In this document: positions 59,581 to 64,000 of the stretch, one piece after another
Layout of the letters: every line of letters starts with the position of its first letter
Position numbering within the stretch: position 1 is the stretch's first letter
Notes under the pieces: model-generated
The model's database searches: none
Seen by the model: only the letters and a program-made list of their open reading frames with translations
Told to the model about the DNA's origin: nothing
Position numbers and translations under genes: made by a program
Origin: an uncultured Verrucomicrobiota bacterium
Lineage (GTDB): Bacteria; Verrucomicrobiota; Kiritimatiellia; CAIVKH01
Direction: 5' to 3'
Length of the DNA: 64,000 nt
Assembly (NCBI GenBank): GCA_964470065.1
Contig: CAYYAR010000016.1
Span: 5,080-69,079 of the forward strand

Positions 59581-59655
59581 TTATTTTTTAGCCTTGGCTT
59601 TCTTCTTGGCAGGAGCCTTCTTGGCGGCTTTCTTAGCAGCTTTCTTCTTGGCCAT
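59581..59655 (-). CDS. 24-aa poly-Lys/Ala micro-protein MAKKKAAKKAAKKAPAKKKAKAKK
   Basis: Manual translation. Strong SD AAGGGAGGGA with a 7-nt spacing to the ATG, and a TAA stop directly abutting hairpin 1. Far below the ORF-track cutoff. Confidence 0.5.
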   Translation of the reverse strand: MAKKKAAKKAAKKAPAKKKAKAKK

Positions 59656-59962
59656 GTCTCATTCCCTCCCTTCTCTCGTTATGTGTTTTCTTTTCTGGAC
59701 CATCGGTTCAAACGACATTCGACCGGAGGCAATCCCGGCTAGACAGCCCAACCCGTCTCGCCATGCCCGCCATCCGGATCACGTGGGTGACAACCCGCGG
59801 GACCGGCGTCCTCGCGTTTGATACGCGCCTCGCGCGTGTGGTTGGAGAAGAAAGAAAATTCAAACGTTGAAGAGAAGTGCGACATATGGTGGTGACGCAT
59901 CAGTTCCTAAAATAAATTGCTTGAACTATTTTCACGCAATCAACTTTCACTTCCTGATTCAC

Positions 59963-59991
59963 ACAATAGGAATGATTTTTTTCCACGTCAA
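59963..59991 (-). promoter_or_regulatory. Possible sigma-70 promoter TTGACG-17-TATTGT (minus strand)
   Basis: Located in an AT-rich block downstream of gmk. It would give a leader of about 300 nt ahead of the micro-ORF. Confidence 0.3.
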
Positions 59992-60038
59992 CAACGTACA
60001 AACATTTTTTTGAAAAATTTTTGCGCGGTCATAACGCG

Positions 60039-60650
60039 TCACGCGAGACGATGATGCTCACCGATGATGATGGAACGAAGCGTGTCGTATGTGGCATCGA
60101 GTCGATCATTGATGATGAAGTAATCGTACGAGCGCCAGCATGCGAGCTCTTTTTCCACTTGTTGCATCCGTCGCTCGATCACGTCATCGGAATCTTTGCC
60201 GCGCCCTTTCAATCGCGCGTGGAGAATTTCAAGCGAAGGCGGCGCGATGAATACATCGAGGTACGCGCGACGCAAAGGATCCGTGGCGGGAAGGCGCTCG
60301 ATCGAGTCGCGAATCTGCCGGGCGCCCTGCACATCGATATCCATCAACACATCAACGCCCTTGTGCAAATGATCAATCACCGCGGCCCGCGGCGTGCCGT
60401 AGCGCTTGCCGTGAACGGCGGCATGTTCGAGAAACTCGCCTTCGTGAATCATCCGGTCAAACTCCGCCTCGGAGATGAAACGGTAATCCACGCCGTCAAT
60501 TTCCCCGTCGCGGGGCTGGCGGGTCGTACAGGAAACCGAGTATTTCATCGACCGGAACTCGGAAATCAACCGGTCGCAAAGGGTGGTTTTTCCCGTGCCC
60601 GAGGGCGCGGAAATCACGATAAGCAGGGGTCGTGGCGCTGGATCAATCAT
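60039..60650 (-). CDS. gmk: Guanylate kinase
   Basis: P-loop ISAPSGTGKTTL, SCTTRQPRDGE and GVDYRF motifs. 4-nt overlap with the yicC stop. Confidence 0.95.
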   Translation of the reverse strand: MIDPAPRPLLIVISAPSGTGKTTLCDRLISEFRSMKYSVSCTTRQPRDGEIDGVDYRFISEAEFDRMIHEGEFLEHAAVHGKRYGTPRAAVIDHLHKGVDVLMDIDVQGARQIRDSIERLPATDPLRRAYLDVFIAPPSLEILHARLKGRGKDSDDVIERRMQQVEKELACWRSYDYFIINDRLDATYDTLRSIIIGEHHRLA

Positions 60651-61531
60651 TCGATGTTCTGCACCTGTTCGCGGAGTCGCTCCAACTCCGCCTTGATGGC
60701 GACGACCATGGAGGAAATCTGGGCATCCGATGCCTTGGCGGCGATGGTATTCACCTCGCGAAACATTTCCTGGGCGAGAAAATCGAGCGACCGGCCCGCC
60801 GGCTCCGTCTGACGCAGCATACCCCTCGCCTGCTGAAGATGACTCTGCAGGCGGGTCAACTCCTCGGTAATATCCGCACGGTCGGCAAACAGCACGACCT
60901 CCTTCTCCAACCGCTCGTCATCCACTTTCCATCCGCCCGCGAGCTGCTCGATCCGGGTCTGAAGCATTTTGCGGTAGTGAGCGGTGAGCACCGGTGCGCG
61001 CGCGGCAATTTTCCTGACCAGCGTTTCCAGCTGCGCCAGTCTTCCACCCAGATCGGCTCCCAGCGCGATCCCCTCCCGCCGTCGCATGGTCGAAAAAGAT
61101 TTCATCGCCCGGCCGAGCGCCTTCTCGATCACCGGCTTGGACCGGTCGACATCTTCGCCGGCCTCGCGGATCACCAGTACGCCGGGTACGCGCAACAAAT
61201 CAGCAAATGAAATTTCCGGACTGATTCCCAGACGGCCGGCCGAGGCGCGCACTTCCTTCACGCAATGTGCCGCCAGCGCATGATCAATCCGCACCGATCC
61301 GGCTGGTGTATCGCGCGTGGTCGTGACGGCAATCTGCACATGAATACGTCCCCGCGACATTTGGTGGGATAGTTTTTCCAGTATCCACGGCTCCAGCGAT
61401 TGCAACGCGCGGGGAAGATTGATCAACACATCCAGTTGCTTGCGGTTGACCGAGCTTATTTCGACATCGGCACGCAGACCGTCCACTTGGGCAAAGCCCT
61501 GCCCGAATCCGGTCATGCTCTTCAAACTCAT
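60647..61531 (-). CDS. yicC: YicC family stress-induced protein
   Basis: [11 protein letters not shown]-terminus and a C-terminal DUF1732-like [10 protein letters not shown]...[10 protein letters not shown]. Confidence 0.85.
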   Translation of the reverse strand: MSLKSMTGFGQGFAQVDGLRADVEISSVNRKQLDVLINLPRALQSLEPWILEKLSHQMSRGRIHVQIAVTTTRDTPAGSVRIDHALAAHCVKEVRASAGRLGISPEISFADLLRVPGVLVIREAGEDVDRSKPVIEKALGRAMKSFSTMRRREGIALGADLGGRLAQLETLVRKIAARAPVLTAHYRKMLQTRIEQLAGGWKVDDERLEKEVVLFADRADITEELTRLQSHLQQARGMLRQTEPAGRSLDFLAQEMFREVNTIAAKASDAQISSMVVAIKAELERLREQVQNIE

Positions 61532-62748
61532 GCCCTCGCTTTGCCTTCCGCTTGCGCCATATCCCAGGCTTCCATTTGGGCCACATCCTTGTCACCGCGA
61601 CCGGACATATTCACGATCACCACCTGGCCTTTTTTGAAGCGCTTCTTGTGATGGAGCATGTAGCCGATCGAATGCGCGGTTTCAAGCGCCGGTAAGATTC
61701 CCTCAAGACGGCTGACCGCATTCACGCCATCCATCGCCTGTTCGTCCGTGGCATAGGCATACTCGACCCGGCCCATGTCGCGCAGCAAACTGTGCTCCGG
61801 ACCCACCGCGGCATAGTCAAGGCCGGCGCTGACGGAATGCGTCAGCATGATTTGTCCGTCCGGATCCTGCAGCACGTAGGTTTTCGTCCCCTGCAACACG
61901 CCCAGCTTGCCTTCGGCAAATCGCGCGGCATGACGGCCCGGCTTGATTCCCTCGCCTCCGGCCTCAACCCCCAGCATCTTCACGCCGCGGTCGCCGAGAA
62001 AAGGGTGAAACAGTCCGATCGCGTTACTGCCGCCGCCCACGCAGGCAACCAACCAGTGCGGAAGGCGACCCTCCTGCTTGCGAATTTGCGCACGCGCCTC
62101 GCGGCCGATGACGCTCTGGAAATCGCGGACCATCAAGGGATACGGGTGCGCACCCAGCGCGGAGCCGATGATATAGTGCGTATGACGGACATTCGTCACC
62201 CAGTCACGCATGGCCTCGCTGATCGCCTCTTTCAAGGTTTGTTGGCCCGCAGTCACCGCTACCACGTCGGCACCGAGGCGGCGCATGCGCGACACATTCA
62301 GCGCTTGCCGTTCCATGTCCACCTTGCCCATGTAAATCACGCAGCCAAAACCAAACATGGCAGCCACGGTCGCCGTCGCCACGCCATGCTGTCCCGCCCC
62401 GGTTTCGGCAATGATGCGGGTCTTGCCCATGCGACGGGCCAGCAACATCTGGCCGAGTGAATTATTAATCTTGTGAGCGCCGGTATGGCAAAGATCCTCG
62501 CGCTTCAAATAAAGACGCAAACCACCGAGCTCCTCGGAAAGGCGGCGGGCAAAAAACAGCGGCGTTGGCCGGCCCACGAATTCGCGGAGATAATAATCGA
62601 GCTCCTTCTTGAAGGCCGGATCACGCCGCGCTTTCGCATACTGATCGGCCAGTTCGCGGAGCGGCGCCATCAAGGTTTCCGGGACATACATCCCGCCATA
62701 AGGTCCAAAATGACCTCGTTGATCCGGCTGTGTCACATACTTCGACAT
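61528..62748 (-). CDS. trpB: Tryptophan synthase beta chain
   Basis: [15 protein letters not shown] and the PLP lysine in [14 protein letters not shown] at 62748 ([10 protein letters not shown]) preferred; it overlaps the trpF 3' end by 16 nt. Confidence 0.95.
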   Translation of the reverse strand: MSKYVTQPDQRGHFGPYGGMYVPETLMAPLRELADQYAKARRDPAFKKELDYYLREFVGRPTPLFFARRLSEELGGLRLYLKREDLCHTGAHKINNSLGQMLLARRMGKTRIIAETGAGQHGVATATVAAMFGFGCVIYMGKVDMERQALNVSRMRRLGADVVAVTAGQQTLKEAISEAMRDWVTNVRHTHYIIGSALGAHPYPLMVRDFQSVIGREARAQIRKQEGRLPHWLVACVGGGSNAIGLFHPFLGDRGVKMLGVEAGGEGIKPGRHAARFAEGKLGVLQGTKTYVLQDPDGQIMLTHSVSAGLDYAAVGPEHSLLRDMGRVEYAYATDEQAMDGVNAVSRLEGILPALETAHSIGYMLHHKKRFKKGQVVIVNMSGRGDKDVAQMEAWDMAQAEGKARA

Positions 62749-63353
62749 AAACGAATAAATTCCCGCACGAGGTTGATATCCTTCTTTCCAGGGCGCGACT
62801 CCACGCCGCTGCTCACATCCACGCCCCACGGCCTGACCGCCCGGATCGCATCCCGCACATTATCCGGACGCAATCCACCCGCGAGGAGCACCGGCGTGCC
62901 GCTCGCCTGCACCAGCGCGCGCACCGCCTCCCAATTTCCGGTTGCACCGGTTCCACCGGGAAGTTCCTTACTATAGGTATCCGCCACAAAAGCGTCAACG
63001 CGCGTACGCACACCGGCATCATTCAACTTCATGCGATCGGCATGTACGGCGCGCCAGATCTTGACGCCTTCAAGCTCAAGCCCCGCCGGCACGCTCGCGC
63101 CATGCACCTGAATCACATCCAAACCAGCCAGGCGGGCAATGCGCACGGCCTCGTGCGGATCCGGGTCGACGAAAACACCCACCTTGAGCGCTTGCGTCGG
63201 CGCCCCGGGCAGCCAGCGGATCAAATCCGCGGGCCGCACCGCACGCGGCGAACCCGGCCAAAGCACGAAGCCGAGAGCATTCGGTTGCAACGCGGCAACC
63301 GCGGCGAGATCCTCCTCGCTGGCAATGCCGCAGATTTTTATGAAGACATCCAT
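62733..63353 (-). CDS. trpF: Phosphoribosylanthranilate isomerase
   Basis: [10 protein letters not shown]... and QVHG motifs. 206 aa, positioned between trpC and trpB. Confidence 0.9.
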   Translation of the reverse strand: MDVFIKICGIASEEDLAAVAALQPNALGFVLWPGSPRAVRPADLIRWLPGAPTQALKVGVFVDPDPHEAVRIARLAGLDVIQVHGASVPAGLELEGVKIWRAVHADRMKLNDAGVRTRVDAFVADTYSKELPGGTGATGNWEAVRALVQASGTPVLLAGGLRPDNVRDAIRAVRPWGVDVSSGVESRPGKKDINLVREFIRLCRSM

Positions 63354-64000
63354 GCCGGCTCCATCAACGCGCGAACAGCCTCCTCAAGATCCGGACGACG
63401 AAGCAAATGCTCACCCACCAGCACCGCGCCGACGCCCGCCGCGCGAACCCGCTTTACATCATCGGCAGTGCGTATGCCGCTTTCACTGACGACCAAGGTG
63501 TCCGCCGGCAACTCCCGCTGCACACGCTCCGTGGTTTCGAGCGAGGTGATAAATGTTTTCAAATTGCGATTGTTGATGCCAATCAGTTGCGCTCCGGCAT
63601 CCACCGCCACCGACGCCTCGACTTCATCATGCACCTCCACAAGCGCCTGCAAGCCGGCCAGATGAATTTCGCTCATCAGAGAGACGAGCATCTCCCGGCT
63701 CAACGCCGCCACAATCAACAACACCGCCGATGTACCCAGCGAACGGGCATGCCACACCTGCCATGGATCAACCACAAATTCCTTGTAGAGCAAAGGCAGC
63801 GTCACCGCCCGCCGCACCGCCCGCATATCGTCGGCGCCACCGCCAAAATAGGTGGCATCCATCAACACCGACAAGGCCTGGGCACCTCCGGCCTCGTAGG
63901 CCGAGGCAATCGCCGCGGGGTCAAAAGGATCACGGATCACGCCGGCGGATGGCGAACGCCGCTTCACTTCGGCAATCAACCCCGGACGCCGCGAGATCAG
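63338..64000 (-). CDS. trpC: Indole-3-glycerol phosphate synthase; N-terminus lies beyond the window edge
   Basis: ...[15 protein letters not shown]... The frame stays open to position 64000 (the track 'M' at 63979 is a TTG Leu). [12 protein letters not shown] motif. Confidence 0.9.
   Translation of the reverse strand: MISRRPGLIAEVKRRSPSAGVIRDPFDPAAIASAYEAGGAQALSVLMDATYFGGGADDMRAVRRAVTLPLLYKEFVVDPWQVWHARSLGTSAVLLIVAALSREMLVSLMSEIHLAGLQALVEVHDEVEASVAVDAGAQLIGINNRNLKTFITSLETTERVQRELPADTLVVSESGIRTADDVKRVRAAGVGAVLVGEHLLRRPDLEEAVRALMEPAWMSS

Noticed and set aside
59594-59821. 75-aa plus-strand ORF (MAFFLAGAFLAAFLAAFFLA...) as a hydrophobic peptide gene
   Set aside because: It is the mirror image of the poly-Lys micro-ORF (AAG/GCC codons read in reverse). 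It has no SD and a non-ATG start, and the hairpins and U-tract fit a minus-strand transcript.

Overview
GC-rich (about 60% by eye), gene-dense bacterial chromosomal segment. I call about 62 CDS, including 5 small ORFs or edge-truncated genes missing from the ORF track, plus one tRNA-Asn(GTT). I saw no rRNA, CRISPR array, transposase, integrase island or prophage. Content is mostly housekeeping: add, lipA, tadA, purC, xerD, rnc, folD, typA, mrdA-rodA, type III glutamine synthetase, gatCAB, ahcY, nqrABCDEF, pssA-psd, hisS, proS, nrdR, gmk and trpCFB. Gene content (GSIII, Na+-NQR, a degenerate pseudopilin, a 51-aa small basic protein, AmmeMemoRadiSam) suggests a PVC/Verrucomicrobiota-like organism, but that is low-confidence inference. 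Many ORF-track models are 5'-over-extended or are antisense shadow ORFs typical of GC-rich DNA, and I re-set starts where the sequence supports it. Items worth a second look: (1) a circularly permuted ATP-grasp / alpha-E / transglutaminase operon (+MFS) behind a near-consensus sigma-54 promoter that overlaps the ORF-track start. (2) A second sigma-54 promoter with perfect palindromes upstream of GSIII. (3) The three-gene AmmeMemoRadiSam module, whose function is unknown. (4) A SahR-like ArsR-methyltransferase fusion directly upstream of ahcY, with a TTGACA-17-TATATA promoter and an inverted-repeat operator. (5) Twin TTCCA-N5-TGGAA palindromes in front of the nqr operon. (6) A 24-codon poly-Lys/Ala micro-ORF with a strong SD, a possible ~300-nt leader and three abutting hairpins next to nrdR. 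(7) An unknown protein translationally coupled to nrdR. (8) An ATP-cone-kinase fusion. (9) A hexamer-periodic AT-rich tract. All family calls come from motif recognition by eye; no database search was run.
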